From positions 10,788,001 through 10,852,000 of the forward strand of contig CM120640.1 of assembly GCA_051362555.1 (NCBI GenBank): a DNA stretch of 64,000 bases, given 5' to 3'. Positions 36,732 to 50,200 of the stretch are shown in pieces. Within the stretch, counting starts at the first letter, position 1; every line of letters starts with the position of its first letter. The stretch comes from Lingula anatina (Eukaryota; Animalia; Brachiopoda). Both the position numbers and the translations under genes were made by a program. The notes below the pieces were generated by a model, which was given only the letters and a program-made list of their open reading frames with translations, was not told the origin of the DNA and did no database searches.

Positions 36732-39700
36732 ATGGAACTGAAAGGTATTGTGACAGTAGCAGTTCCAGCAATGGCTACAGTGCTAGTGGTAGGCTTACTT
36801 TGGTATACATCTAGAAAGAAACATAAAGATGAAGAGAACAAGGACAAAGAGGAAGTGGGACAGGTTTCTGTACCAAAAAAAGTCTGTCCGGAAGAAAAAG
36901 ATGAGAATGATCTGAAGATAGATACAAAAATTGATGCCCATGAAGAGAGTAATATGGTGGAAGAAAACAGCAGTGTGTGCTTGCCTCTGAAAGTTAGTCT
37001 CTCTCCAAACAGTAACTTGGAAACATCTGCAGTTTGTCAGTCAAGTCCGACACTACCAGTGTCTGGAGAACCAGAGAATGAATTTGATACTCCTGAAGTA
37101 GCTACGTGTAATTCTATTTCTGAAAGTGTTTTGACGAAAGGTGGCTCTCCAGTGCCTGTGAATGAAGAAGTCCACTCTCAGACCATGGAGAGTGCCCTGG
37201 AAAGGTCTCCATCTAAATCCATCAAACTGAGGCACAATGAGTTGGGCTGTGACACAGTAGATGGTGGGATGTCTGGTGTAAATGGTGAGGCAAGCAGTCA
37301 TGAATCTGGGCATAGCGAACATTCAGACACAAGTGGATGTGTGGGTGCCTCATCTGAAGTTCAAATCAGAGAAGAAGAGTTTGACAGCAGTGCTAATGGT
37401 GGAGGCATGAATGGGTTGAATGCAAATAATCAAATTGAGAAAGACTCCCACACAAGCAATGGGGTGATGTCATCAGGTGTAGGCAACTCTTGTGACTTAG
37501 AGGAAGGTCATTTGACCAATGGGCAGTTGGCGTCTGGAGACAAAACCTGTGTTGAAGAAAAGGCACCAGAACATAATGTCACTGGACATGGAGATGGGAA
37601 TACTCACATTAACACAGAGGTGCTTAGGTTGCATATTATTTTTCACATTTAACCACTTATTAGGTAGCATTTGGTCATTTCCTAAACAGAATATTGTTTA
37701 AATAAAAAGAAGACAGGGTATTACTGATTGGAGAATTTATGTTGCACTTTATTTTCAGAGGAATGGTGATAGCAGAAAAGATAACAGTCCAAGAGAAAAT
37801 AAAAAGCATGACCCTCATGACATAATTCGCTATGAATTTGAATTCCCCTCGGAACTCTGTGGTCGCCTGATTGGAAAACATGGCAGCACCATAACTGCAA
37901 TCAAAACAAAATCAGACACTGAGATATCTTTAAGTCGTCAGTCCTACAATGAAACTTTTCAGATTTGTGCAATAGAAGGTAAATATGGCCGAATTATTAT
38001 TTTGATATGGTAGTCTTATATGTACAGTACTATTAATTTGTATTTTGGTGTTTTGTACTATTTCTTTGCTATTTTAGCATATTAAAAGGTACTTATGAAG
38101 CAAGCATCGGTGGAGCGTGGATTCTTAGTAACACATAAACCACTTCTACTAATTTCTTCTACGACTGAAATATATTCGACATGCCAAGGGATAAACTGAA
38201 TAGATCACTTGATCAGCCATAAAAGAGCTTTAGACTGCTCCTTTCTTTAAATTTTTGGTCGTAAATTTAACCTACTTTTGTGACCTACTTTTCTGCCCCA
38301 TTGACATACAGCATAGAATGCTAGCAGAAAAATCCATTCAAGCATCATTTTCGGGTAAAATTAAACAATGTCTTTTGGTAATTCTCTTTGTTATACTACT
38401 TGAAACTAAATGCTGGCATTTTGTTGGTTTTTGTGACAAAAAATTGACTTTGTATGCATCTTTAAGTTCATCACGACTTTATATTACAGGTACCAAAGAC
38501 AATGTAGATTATGCACTGAAACTGATTCGGAGAAAATTTCCCAAAAATCAGTTTCCAAATGTTGATCTGCGGCAGTTATCCACACATGTCCAAGAAGCTA
38601 GTCCAGTCTTAGCACCAGAAATGATGCAGGTACATACTTAATTGATGCTGTTTTTCTTTCAGATGAATTGTTGTTTTTAAAATTAAGTCTCATGCATCAT
38701 GCTTATGGCTAGGGTGTGGAGTTATGACAGTTTATTTGGCAGTTAGGTGCTCTGTTAATGCAGTATTGTCATTGATACGTGAAGTTTTACATCTCACACT
38801 CATAATTTGCATATCTTGGGAATATTGATATCGAATAGAATCAATTTACTTTGTAAGGTGCATAAATAGACCTTGTTTGAGGAATTTGAAGAAACTGAAT
38901 GTCATACACTGGTGGGCTTTCAACTTCATCATTTCACAATTTTTTTCAGTTTTATATCTTCTGTTTGTTTTCAGTTGACCCTGCCAGAAGGGGTGATGGT
39001 AGATGTCATAGTTTCAAGTATCGTAAATGCTAGTCACATTTTTGTCCAGCAACCTACCCACCCCACTTATCCTTCCTTGGAAAGATTAAACCAGTTCATG
39101 ATCATGTGCTATCAGCATGATGGAATTGTTCCTCAACTACCTAGGCCTATAGAAGGTTTGTACATTTTCACGTTGTTGATGTATATAACATTTCAACAAA
39201 TTTCAAATAGGATTCTGGTGTAACAAAGGCATTTAAGTATATACTTTCTGAAGACTAAACACATTTTAACCAGGGAGGCATGGCATTTACACCCTTTGTC
39301 AACGTTGTTGAGGTAGTCTTGTAATCAAAGCCCTTTGATGAAGGGATGAAACATGCATCATAGGTAAAGTCACTCAAGACTTATAAGAAAAAAAACCAAT
39401 TCTTTTTTTTAACATATTCAAAATTTCTAAAGGTATGTCTTAGAGTGCATTCCCAGAGATTTTGATCGATCCAGAGATTGAGATTTAGATCGACCTAACT
39501 CCCTGGGGGTTCACGCTAAATTGCAGTCAGCCGAGAGCGCACCATAGTTAATTACCCCCTTACAGTTTTTAGTAGGCGGGACAGACGCTTAAGCCGGCTA
39601 AGCTGACAGTAATCTAGTGAGACTCCCCACAGGGATAGATCGATCTAAAATCTATGGGAATGGAGTCTTAAGTTTGAAATAAATTTAGTAAGAGTGAAGC

Positions 39701-42700
39701 CTATGAAAAACAAATTATTCCAAATGGTGCCTATTGTTCATGACATTTCTGACAGATATAGTGATACAGTGATGTCATCTGGTCTAGGATCCAGGAAAAA
39801 TATCTGGTTGAAGCATTAATTTCATATCAAACTGTATTTAAATTCAACACAAACCAATACGGTGATATAGTGATCCATGAAAGTTAATGTTTTCTTTTCT
39901 ATACTTGATAGTCAAGATTTCCCTTGTAAAATTGTTGAAAATTTTCATTTGATTTGTTTGCAGTTGGTGTTATCTGTGCTGCTCCAATGATGGATGGTTG
40001 GTATAGGGCTCAGGTGGTCAGTGTTCAGGATGAGACCGATGAGTGTGATATCAAGTATGTGGACTATGGAGGATATGCCAGGATACAGGCGTGTGCATTG
40101 AAGCAGATCAGGTAGCCATTATACAGCATGCCAGTGTTCGAAATTAACTTTTTTGCTAGGAGGCAACTACTTGCTCCCTGATCTGAAAGTTGGAGGCAAC
40201 TTGGACTCACCTAGAGGCAAACTTTAATTAGATAATAGTTCAGCCCTAGCATCAAGTTAATGATCACTACTGGTCTGCGTGAGGCCCATGAGGCAAGATA
40301 GTTGGCCTCCTTGCCCTCTCTCTGGACAGTCAACCACCACCTGTTAACTGCAGGTTTAGGGTCATATTCTCTCAGGGCTTGAGGCCCAGCTATTTTCACT
40401 CTCATTAATGTGTCCAAAGTTGGGGTTGCCAAATTGCAACACCCGTCGTTCATAATCCTTTTCATGGTAGAAAACCCCCTCTCACAGCATGCAGTTGACA
40501 GTGGGTATTTAAGTCTCTACCAAGAAGATCACCTTCAAAATTGAATCAAACTCGGTACTTTTCTTTGGCTAACTCTAAGGTAATTTTATGTGAACAAGTA
40601 CCTCAAAATTACTTCACAGAGAAAGTCCAATTTTACAATGTAGCAATCTTATGTTCACTTGAAATTACCTTAGAGTTAGCCAACGAAAACGCGGCAAGTT
40701 ACTGACTGCGGGTGCATTGTAGATTTTCACATTGTATTTCAATATGGACAGTCGGTCATCTGGCTGGATTAAACGTGATTAAAAACTAATAAAAAGACCA
40801 CAGGTAATTACAAAAGCATTTTATTTCAACAGCTTTAGCATAGATGAACAAGGCAATGTAAAAAACTGTTAGAAAAGTGAAAGTTACAGGGGGGGGGTAT
40901 ACTACAAAAGTACCGAATAAACGAAGCACGAGGATAAACCCTCAATAAATCTTCTCTACTTCTATGCGCGGATGTAACATAAACATTAGTCAGGTCATTT
41001 GCATATTCGTAGTGCACATGCGCCTCAAACAGTTGCGATTATATAGGTCACATAACTATGTTTAGAACTTCGGAAAACCAACATTTCATGGAGTAAACAA
41101 GTGGGAGGCAAGTAAAACATCGATCGCTGGTAAACTTTTAATAACTTTATTTTCAGTCTCCAAAATTTCTCGGAGGCAACTTTTTGCCACCGGCTTTCAG
41201 ACCAGGGGGCAACTTGGTTAAACTAGGAGGCAAAACTGCCTCTTGCCACCGTTAATTTCGAACGCTGCATGCCTCTGCCTTATTTCTGGAAGGTCCATTT
41301 TTTCTTTTTTTCCTACAAATGTAACAAATTAATGACACAACTAAGGGGACAGAACATGGAAATTTCAAACAATCAAAATGTGATTGTTATTGATTTATCA
41401 TATTATGTTCTTAGGAGTGACTTCATGACTTTACCATTTCAAGCCTGTGAAGCATATTTAGCTAATATAACACCATTGGAAGGTATGTACTGGTGACCCT
41501 GTTTGTTTAGTTGTATTAGTTAAAGGCAGCATAAGTTTAGGATTAGTTTGTAATTTATTGTTAAACTAGTCGACTTGTGCTGAGGCAGCTCTATTCTCAT
41601 TATTAGTAAATTGATTAGTTAATTGATGACCATCTATTTGATTCTAAGTCAGCCCATTTCTGACATATCCTTGTAATTTTATTAAAATATGCCCATGACC
41701 TTTTGAGTTGGTCTGTTAATAAACAAACCCATTAAGGCAAAAACGTAATCTTGACAGAGATAATTGGAAAGTTACTTGTGAGAAAATTGTTCCTGCTTGC
41801 ATAAAGTACTCTAGAAAGTACAAGTAAAATATTACTGATGACAGTAATTTTTCATTTTGATTGATATGAAAGAGAAAGATATGCAATTTATAATGAAAAT
41901 TATTCTTTTCACACATTTCTAATTGGAAGTTTTATCTTCTGTTAAGGCGAGGAGAGTTACTCCCTGGAAGCTAGTGCTGTGCTAGAAGAGGTGTCACAGG
42001 GACGTATGTTGCAGCTCCAGACTCTCTCAGCAGCAGCAGATGGCATACCATATGTGCAATTGTACACACAAGGTGCACAAGGAACATTGGTAAGCTCATA
42101 AAGTAAAAAAAACCGTCAAAATGTGAATTGTTTATTTCATTTGTATTATTTGAAAAATAATTCGAATGGATTTTCAAATATTGGGCACCTTGGAAAATTT
42201 TGACTTAAATAAGTTGGTATTCTGATTCCTGATGAAATGCTCTTTAGCTTCCTCTTAATGGTGTTAGGGTAGGTGCGGTGGGGGGGGGGGGAGGGGGGGG
42301 GGACCTTTTTCAGAATTTTCTTTAAAATACTTATCTTTAAAAGTGCTGGCTAACAATACAAAGCTTATAGTTTTCTTCTATAAATCCCTAGCATGAAAGT
42401 ATAACTGTCTTTTATACTTACTGTGTTTTTGGTTATTTCTGTCATTTAGTTAAAGGCTTTTATTATAATTATTATTATTGCTTTCCACATGCCATAATTT
42501 GCATGGCCTTCTTTGCCTTTTCTCATAGTTGTACTTTACTCCTTAGTTTACAGCACAAAATGGAGAACCAGTATGGCCTCCACAATCTGAAGTGAGTAAA
42601 AATGTATTTTATCTTACTCGAGGTGCTGGAGGGTTTGAATTCACTAAGTTGCCTATATTGCTGGTGCAGTCTCTGTTGCATTGATTTTCTTTTGCAAAGG

Positions 42701-43338
42701 TTTGCATATAGCTGGACAACTGAAACATCAGTTACCATGGTAGTTCATGTTTTTGTTTCAGGTGGCAAATGTTATTTTCACATTTAACAGGCAGTGTAAA
42801 TGACAGAAAATTATCTGTGTACTTGAAGTTCTTTTATCCATACATTCCATATTTACTATTTTCATTTTAAATTGCAAATATATATCTATCTATATATATT
42901 TTGCAAATGTCAGTTGATCATCTGCCAGATTGCCTTGTAGATATTCATTTCTGTCAGCTGCCAGTTCACTTGTCCAGTTTTCTTAAGCAAATTAGTGTTA
43001 ATGTCTTCCCAGTGAACAAAAAAAAAAAGAAAAAAAAAAACAGTAAAATAAATAATGTGAATAAATGTGCTTCTTGCCTGCAATATTTTCCTTTTCTAAT
43101 AATTTGACTGGGTTTTGTATCTGATTATTAATTTGGTCTCATTTGTTTTATGAGTGTTGCTTGTGGTGTGGATTGTGTTTTCACAAATAAAATTGTGTTA
43201 TTTAAGGCAAAGTTTGTATGGTGTTCATTTTCCTTTCATTATTTCCAGCCTATCCTAATAAACCGTGACCTTGTGGATCGAGGAGTAGTACGATGGGTTG
43301 AAAACCAAGAAAATGCCCAACTTGCTGTGAAGGACTAA
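36732..43338 (+). CDS. AKAP1: A-kinase anchor protein 1, mitochondrial (TM-KH-Tudor; spoonbill-like)
   Basis: Exons 36732-37619, 37759-37978, 38490-38629, 38975-39155, 39964-40111, 41415-41482, 41947-42089, 43249-43338. N-terminal TM followed by basic residues ([14 protein letters not shown]). KH domain [18 protein letters not shown]. Tudor domain [43 protein letters not shown]-terminal INRDLVDRG. Confidence 0.92.
39443..39667. mobile_element. PIF/Harbinger-like MITE, family M1 copy 3, in an AKAP1 intron
   Basis: TIRs CATTCCCAGAGATTTTGATCGATC / GATCGATCTAAAATCTATGGGAATG. TSD TTA at 39440-39442 and 39668-39670. Confidence 0.85.
40132..41267 (-). mobile_element. Internally deleted hAT transposon retaining the transposase C-terminal dimerisation segment
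   Basis: 17-bp TIRs CAGTGTTCGAAATTAAC / GTTAATTTCGAACGCTG and repeated subterminal GAGGCAA motifs. Direct repeat CATGC at 40127-40131 and 41268-41272. The minus-strand frame 40211-40504 encodes [41 protein letters not shown]...[11 protein letters not shown], a hAT dimerisation motif. Confidence 0.85.
40559..40689. repeat. Inverted repeat inside the hAT remnant
   Basis: TTGGCTAACTCTAAGGTAATTT..GTGAACA ... TGTTCAC..AAATTACCTTAGAGTTAGCCAA. Confidence 0.7.
42267..42302 (+). repeat. Poly-G tract (potential G-quadruplex) in an AKAP1 intron
   Basis: gggtaggtgcggt followed by about 12 G, one A and about 10 G. Confidence 0.7.
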
Positions 43339-45339
43339 TATGAAGAGGTGGAGTTGGAATACACTTTGTCAACACTGTCTTAAACACACTGTAAAGGTTT
43401 TGTGTGGACTTCAGACAGATTGAGTTATGACATTAACATGAAAAATGGGAATTTTACCTAAAAAGTGTGTTGTTTATTAATCCTTTCAGATATCTCTGTG
43501 AGCTTGGATTTAAAATGTTGGGATTGTTGCAGTGCTAGATGCAGTGGCATGAATGTTGAAGATAGATTATAGTTGTAGTTACAAGGACATGGCATGTATC
43601 ATTGTGTTTATATCTTATGAAATGGTGGGGGCACAGTGTACATATCTTTGTATGTTTCTTTTTGTTTTTGTTAATAGTGTCCGAGACGTACTACTGCCAC
43701 AATATGAAAAAAAATCCTATAGACATAATACGGAGGTTTACAGAATTGCCTGCAATTTGTTGATCCTAGTTGATGCTGCCAAGTTGTTTACAAATCTCAA
43801 TATTTGAACATAATAATTGATGAAAATTTCAGTTTGCTACCACAGGCAATTTTAAGCAAGCATGGTCCTTCATAGTTACTTTAATACAGCAGATACTACT
43901 TATGACATTGTTATCACACAGAAATCATTTTCTCAGTACCATGCCTTGTAATGTTATAAAACCCTTGTTGCCAAAAGTTATATAGTGTTACTGTACTATA
44001 TTAATCTGCATTTAAATTGATCTGTTGCTGTTGTGTTTGTCAATCTATATATATATATATATATGTACTTTGCTTCCTTTTAAGAAATCTCGCTCTCATA
44101 TGTTTTTCTTACCCTGTAGTGTTCAGCTGTTAATGGTCTTCTGCTATATTCTGTGTATTCCTATGCAATGCATTTGTTTTGGACTTAAGTTTTCAGTGCC
44201 AATAGACACCATTTGTTTAGATTGCCATACTCCTAATTACCGTATTAAAAACTCGCTGTCTCCACACACTTGTTAAATGGTCTTGGGGGGAATGTGGACC
44301 TCCATGTTAATTTGCAGTCACATGGTAGCCCACCACAACGATTTTATACTTAGTTTCTTGGAAAGTTGCATGCCACAATACTTGGCATAATAATATCGTT
44401 TGGGATTATGTGTGAAATAATAATCAGCAGGAAGTTGCAGGTTTTTTATATCTTATGTTAAAAGGGGAAAAATGGAAAGAAACTTGTAAAATATTCTTTA
44501 AAGAATTGCCAGAATTGAGTGAATATGACAAAATTGCCTGTTTAAAAAGATTTACATAATTTTTTCTCCAAATTTTGGTACATTTTAATTGTGATGTGAA
44601 GAAAAAAGGGTGCTTACTTGTGACTTTTGCAGACTTCCAAGTAGTTTCCAAAGAATAATTTATCTAGTACAGCATTTTTGGCAAAAAGAGAATAACACTG
44701 AACAAGTAAAGAATTGTTTTAAGAGGTTTCAGTTACTGAAAAAAAAGGGAATGAAGTCTACATTTTAAATATGTAGTAATATTTCAGTTTTGTTGTGTAG
44801 TTTAAATTAAGCTTGGTTATTATGTAATTTTTTTAGAATCTTGAAATATTTCTCTAGTTTTTGTGAATATGTACTGGATTACTTTTATGTAGTAACCTTG
44901 TGTATGGAAATAAATTTATTTGAATAGAATTATCTTAAGAAGACTTGTTTTATATTTAACTTGAAAAGCCCTCAGAGCGCAAACCTTCATCAAGGACTTA
45001 ACCTGTAAGAAATTGTAGGCTGGTTAGAAACATTTTCAAGAAGGATGTCAATATATAAAAACTACAAAATTGCTTTCAATCCAATGCAGCAAGTGATACA
45101 TTGCATGTATGATGTAAAAAGGTAATTATTACAACTCGCAAAGCTTTAATGTAAAATGTCTTCATACGTGATGGTTGATGCAATTTGCCTAACTTTGAGG
45201 CAGTAAACGGCATGTGATGTGATGATGCAATAGGTCAGGTCACAATTTACAAGTAACCTCTATGATATGTACCATTAAAATAAACCAATACATAATTATT
45301 ACTGCTTGTGTAGCTTCGATGCAGCAAGTTTGTTAGTGG

Positions 45340-45503
45340 TATTCTGTATAACCACCAAAAATCTACGTAATCATTTCTTCCTTGGGCCATTAATGACCTA
45401 CCCTGAAAATTTTATCAAAATCCATCCATGACGTTTTGCATAATGCTGCAAAAAAAAAAAAAAAATGAACCAAAGACATATTAACTTCCTTGTTGGAAAT
45501 AAT
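45340..45503 (+). mobile_element. Degraded copy of a second HINE-like family (H2)
   Basis: CCTACCCTGAAAATTTTATCAAAATCCATCCAT...A-rich tract...ATTAACTTCCTTGTTGGAAATAA. A related copy lies at about 55555-55697. Confidence 0.5.
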
Positions 45504-47292
45504 TATGCATGTTGTGAAGAAATTAGGTATACTGCGGTCTTATATGTTTGGCTGTCATTATAATATCAATATTTAATGAAAAGGTAAAGATTTGTTAAAT
45601 AACAAGTTGGCCATAATTCTAGTGAAAGGCAATTGAGACTAGACAAGACAGTTTTATATTTTATTACAATTTTCTTCTTTTGCTCTGACATTGTACACCT
45701 GCACTATCTGTGCATGAATGGAATTCTGGAGAAAAATATTAACCAAAGATATTGCCATATACATTATGTAAAATATGAAATTAGTCAAAATTCTGAAAAG
45801 ATACACAAATGCGTAAGTTTAAAGGGGTTTAAAAGACATGTCAGACCTACATCTGTAATAAGATTCAATATACCTGGCCTCTTTAATGTGCTACAAAAAT
45901 AAGCACAATACAGCAGTGGGATTTGTGGGACTGATTTTGCAGAAAGGTCATCCCATATTCAAATGCAATTTAATTGTATACTGAGCAGTTTTAAAATGCA
46001 CCCTAACTAGACAAAATTAGGGAAATTGCACAGATTATATTACTTAAAAATATTAAAGCAATGACAATATTTACCGAGACAATAATTACAATCGCTACTC
46101 GCTAGTATAAATAAAACACTAGACTAGAATAGACTAGAGATTCTATTGAGAGAATTTATAGATGGAAATGGTTTGGAGGGTACTTGAACCACTAGATTAA
46201 CTTGACAACATTTTTGCACATTTGATGCAATTTTCAACTAAATTTATCTTCTGGATTAATACTACCCTTAAATTCATCTAAGGAAAGTTGCAATCAGCAG
46301 CATTTTAGTCTGTAATGTTGATGCTTGCAAGCAAAAGCTGCAAGGGAGCCTTCTGCACTATACTTCAACAAACAAGAGGTGCAGCTTGCTATGAACTCAT
46401 TTTGCAAGTTTTGAGAAAAAACCTATCCTGAACTGTTGATCAAGCTGGTTTTCCATTGAACACACATAGCAGAAAACCCTGTTTTACAGCGACATACTCA
46501 ATTCATTAATTCTGTCAAAAAATTGCACACTTCTACTTCTGCAGATTACGAAATAAAGAATGCACACATTTGTTGGGTATAAATGAAATAAATAATGGCA
46601 GTATGAGAATCCAAACTTGGAGGGGTGGCAGCATTTGAAAAATGATCACTTTTATATTACAAGAGATATGACAAATGACAGAAAAGGAGGATCCCAAATT
46701 GGTTTGTTGGAAAATAATGCTGCTTACCCCTTGAAAATTCAGTAATTAAGCAGGAGTTTTTCACGGGGAAAATCCTGCACTGTGCACAGAGAGTAAGCTA
46801 TACTCTAACCACAGGGTCCGCATGTACTCTGCTACAAAATTATTGTATCGGACCCTGTGAGATTTGACATGATCAAGGGAACCTGTTCCTTGTCAGACAT
46901 ATCCTTTGTGTTTTTCAGTAAGGGTGATTTCACACCTACCGGTAGGTGCTGAGAAGCACACATCCCTGTGTTACATAATGCAAGTCTAGCATTACTCCAT
47001 ATGCCAAGCTGAGCAAAAATATCCAACCCAACAATTATCCTCCTCTGCTACTGAGCCACCGTTCAAGGGGCAGGTACGGGCAGAGAAGTTTGGGCCCAGA
47101 AGTTTCATAAGAGCAGACAAGCTGATTGGGTGTATACCTTCCCACAGGGGCCTATACCTTAATTTTGTACACTATTTAAGAAGCCTCTGATACCAGAGGG
47201 TAAGAATAAGCTAAGTTTAAACTATACTGTAGGAATAGTAAGGACTTGGATGCAAATAATGTTGTGAGATGACTGAGGAGCATCTAACACTT

Positions 47293-50200
47293 TTACAACT
47301 CATCATGGACATCTTCAATGATAATTTTTGGTTTTCTTGGTTTTTCAGGTTCGTTTTCCTTGGCTATATCCTTTTCTTTCAACCACTGGTTATATACTTT
47401 ATATGGATCTACCATCCAATGTTTATGGAAAGAAATAGGTTCTTCCTGGTGACCAAGATAATCCCCAGCATAGTCATCTGGTCTGGCCTGGAATAAAAAA
47501 GAAACAAAACAATTGCAAAATAAGAAGTTCACTTAATTACCTAGAGGTTTACAGGCCTGTAGCCAGCAATTTCAAAAGGGGGGTTCGTTTTCGGCAGTAA
47601 CTGGCAGTAAGAATTACCAAACAGACTGCATTGCCTACTGAAGCTGTATTTTAGTCGCATGTTTCTTTCCTGCAAGTTTGAGAACAGTAAGTGACCTGGT
47701 TTTTCTTAAATGGTCATCATGGGAGCAGTGCCCAAAATAGTTTTTTTGATGCAATATTACATAACGTTTAACAGCATAATGACCATCAATTTTTAATAAT
47801 AAAATATTAGTATCATGGATATTCAGAAAATGTGATATGGGAAGGTCTTCAGGCCCATGGAACTTCAAAGTCACAACTTGAAAATGCCAAAATGTAAACA
47901 AGACAGCACTGTTCTGAAATGTTTTTTTTTTTAACATAAAACAAAATTAACAGTTTACTGCCATTTTTATATGATCAACTAAGAAAAATATCAATAGAGC
48001 AGTGTTAAATAGCCAATTTCTTCCATTCTGAGATTCTGAACATAGTGAATGATTGAATCTGACAAACTGCTATGACATGAGTTTATTTCCACTTTTGAAA
48101 CTTTATTACACAATACACAATAATAAGTTTACCATTATTTTTACAAAATCAACTAACAATGTTGTAAAGATGCAGGAAATGTCAAACAAACACTTTTACG
48201 TATCTTATTAGTTAACTAATGAGACTGTTAACATGCCTAAGAATTGAATGTGAGGAAATGTGAAAAAACAGCATAACTTCTAAAATAATAGCCCGATTAT
48301 GCTGATTTTTGAACTCAACCTGTGTTTTAGCAGCATTGACCACTCCTGTGAGTTTAATGGCAATTGGCCTATCTGTTTTCCTTATATTGTGTTTTTAGTG
48401 TTGCATATATGCTGAAAAGTGGGGAAAAAAGCATAACTACTAAAATAGTGGCCCGATCATGCCGCTTTTCGAACTTGACCTCAATTTAGTGAGATCCATT
48501 ACCCCAGCGAGTTTCATGACAACAGGCCTATCGTTTTTTTTCTTGAAATGTGTTTACAGTGTTGCATATATGCTGAAAAGTGAAAACATCTTAAAAATGC
48601 CAGTTTGAAAAATTAAAAATTAAAGAAAAAATTACAAAAATATTCCACTAAAGCTGCCATTCAGTCTAGGTGCATAACCATGATATGAATCATCCAACTT
48701 GAGTTTAAACAGTGTAAACAACTCGCAGAAATATAATATATTTTGTTTTACTACAAAAAGGGCAGTCATAGCTATTATTCTGATATCTGAACTTTTCATC
48801 AGACCATGTGACATCCATAGATGGCTATACTTTGTAACAATATCTTAAGAGATTATAACAAAAAAAAAAACAAAACCCTTTTTACAAAGAAAATTAATTA
48901 TTTGCCAAAAAGAACAGTCAAGTTGCAAATATTGCACAACAGGTAGTATCAATAAAAGTTAAATGTTACATGTCCTTGGGAGTTATAAGTCCCACAATGA
49001 AAATTCCAGTATGTGAAAGATAAAATTTCACAAAATGTACAACAGAATAACATGGTCAATAAGATTACAGTTTCAGGACCATATGTGAGAGTTCAAATTC
49101 ACATAATGAAAATCCCAATATGTGAAAAAAGATGACAGTGCATAAAATAATATAATTACACAATGTTTAAAGGCATAAAAACCAACACAACTCCTTATGT
49201 GGAAAAACAGAAAATGCAGAGTGCTTCTGGTGGATGGGAGTTGAAAGTGATATCTTGAAGATGCTAGTGTTTGAAAAATAATTAAAAGAAAATGTAAAAT
49301 AAAACAAAACAAAAAATTCCAATAAAGCTGCTATTCAAACTTTAAATCTAGCTGTCTAATTACTAACATGACTAACATTTACCTGCACAATAATCATTGA
49401 TTCCTAATTATGTGACACAGTTAAGAGAGATATACCCAGGGGACTTTACAATGAAATCTCATCGTGTGTTTTACGTAATCTCATTTAATGGCCACTTGAA
49501 AAATTATTAAGCAAATTACTTTATGAAGGTGTGTTTTATGTAATCTCATTTAATGGCCACTTGAAAATTAATTAAGCAAATTAGTTTGTGACCCTGAATT
49601 AATATACTGCCATATACATTTATTGCACCATAGTTCACTCTATAGAACTGCATTGCTTCCAAAACAGAAAACAATCACACTGGTTTTCCAACACAAGCTG
49701 CACTTCAGTCTTATGAAACTTTTCAGTAAATTTGAGTATCATAAGTAACATGGTTTTCCCTTAATCGCTATCCTGGCAGCAGTGTCCAAAATACAGGTTT
49801 CTTCAACTTTCATGCAATATAACACAATACTTAACAGCATAATGACCATCAATTTTTTATAAAAAAAATAAAAGTATCATGGATATTCAGAAAATGTGAT
49901 ATGGGAAGGTCTTCAAGACCATGGAAGTTCAAAGTTCAAAGTTCAAAATGCCAAAATGTAAACAAGAGATAACTGTACTGAAATGATTTTCTTTCCATTT
50001 TCAACACCTTTTTACATAAAACAAAATAATCAATTTACTGTCATTTTTAAATGATCATCTAGGAAAATTGTCGACATAGGAAAAATATCAATATAACAAT
50101 TTTAAATGTCTAATTTGCTCCATTTGCAGATTCTGAACATAGTGAATGACTGGATCTGACAAACTGCAATGATGAGTTCCTTTCCATTTTTGATACTTTA

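Noticed and set aside
36732-43338. TDRKH/PAPI as an alternative identity for the TM-KH-Tudor gene
   Set aside because: A single KH domain after a long acidic linker, and the motifs QQPTHPT and [13 protein letters not shown], fit AKAP1 better.
46745-47160. GC-richer patches resembling SINE or retroelement fragments (also about 38085-38230, 55700-55960, 57880-58200, 62080-62400)
   Set aside because: Probably decayed interspersed repeats, but I could not define A/B boxes, ends or a matching second copy in the window.
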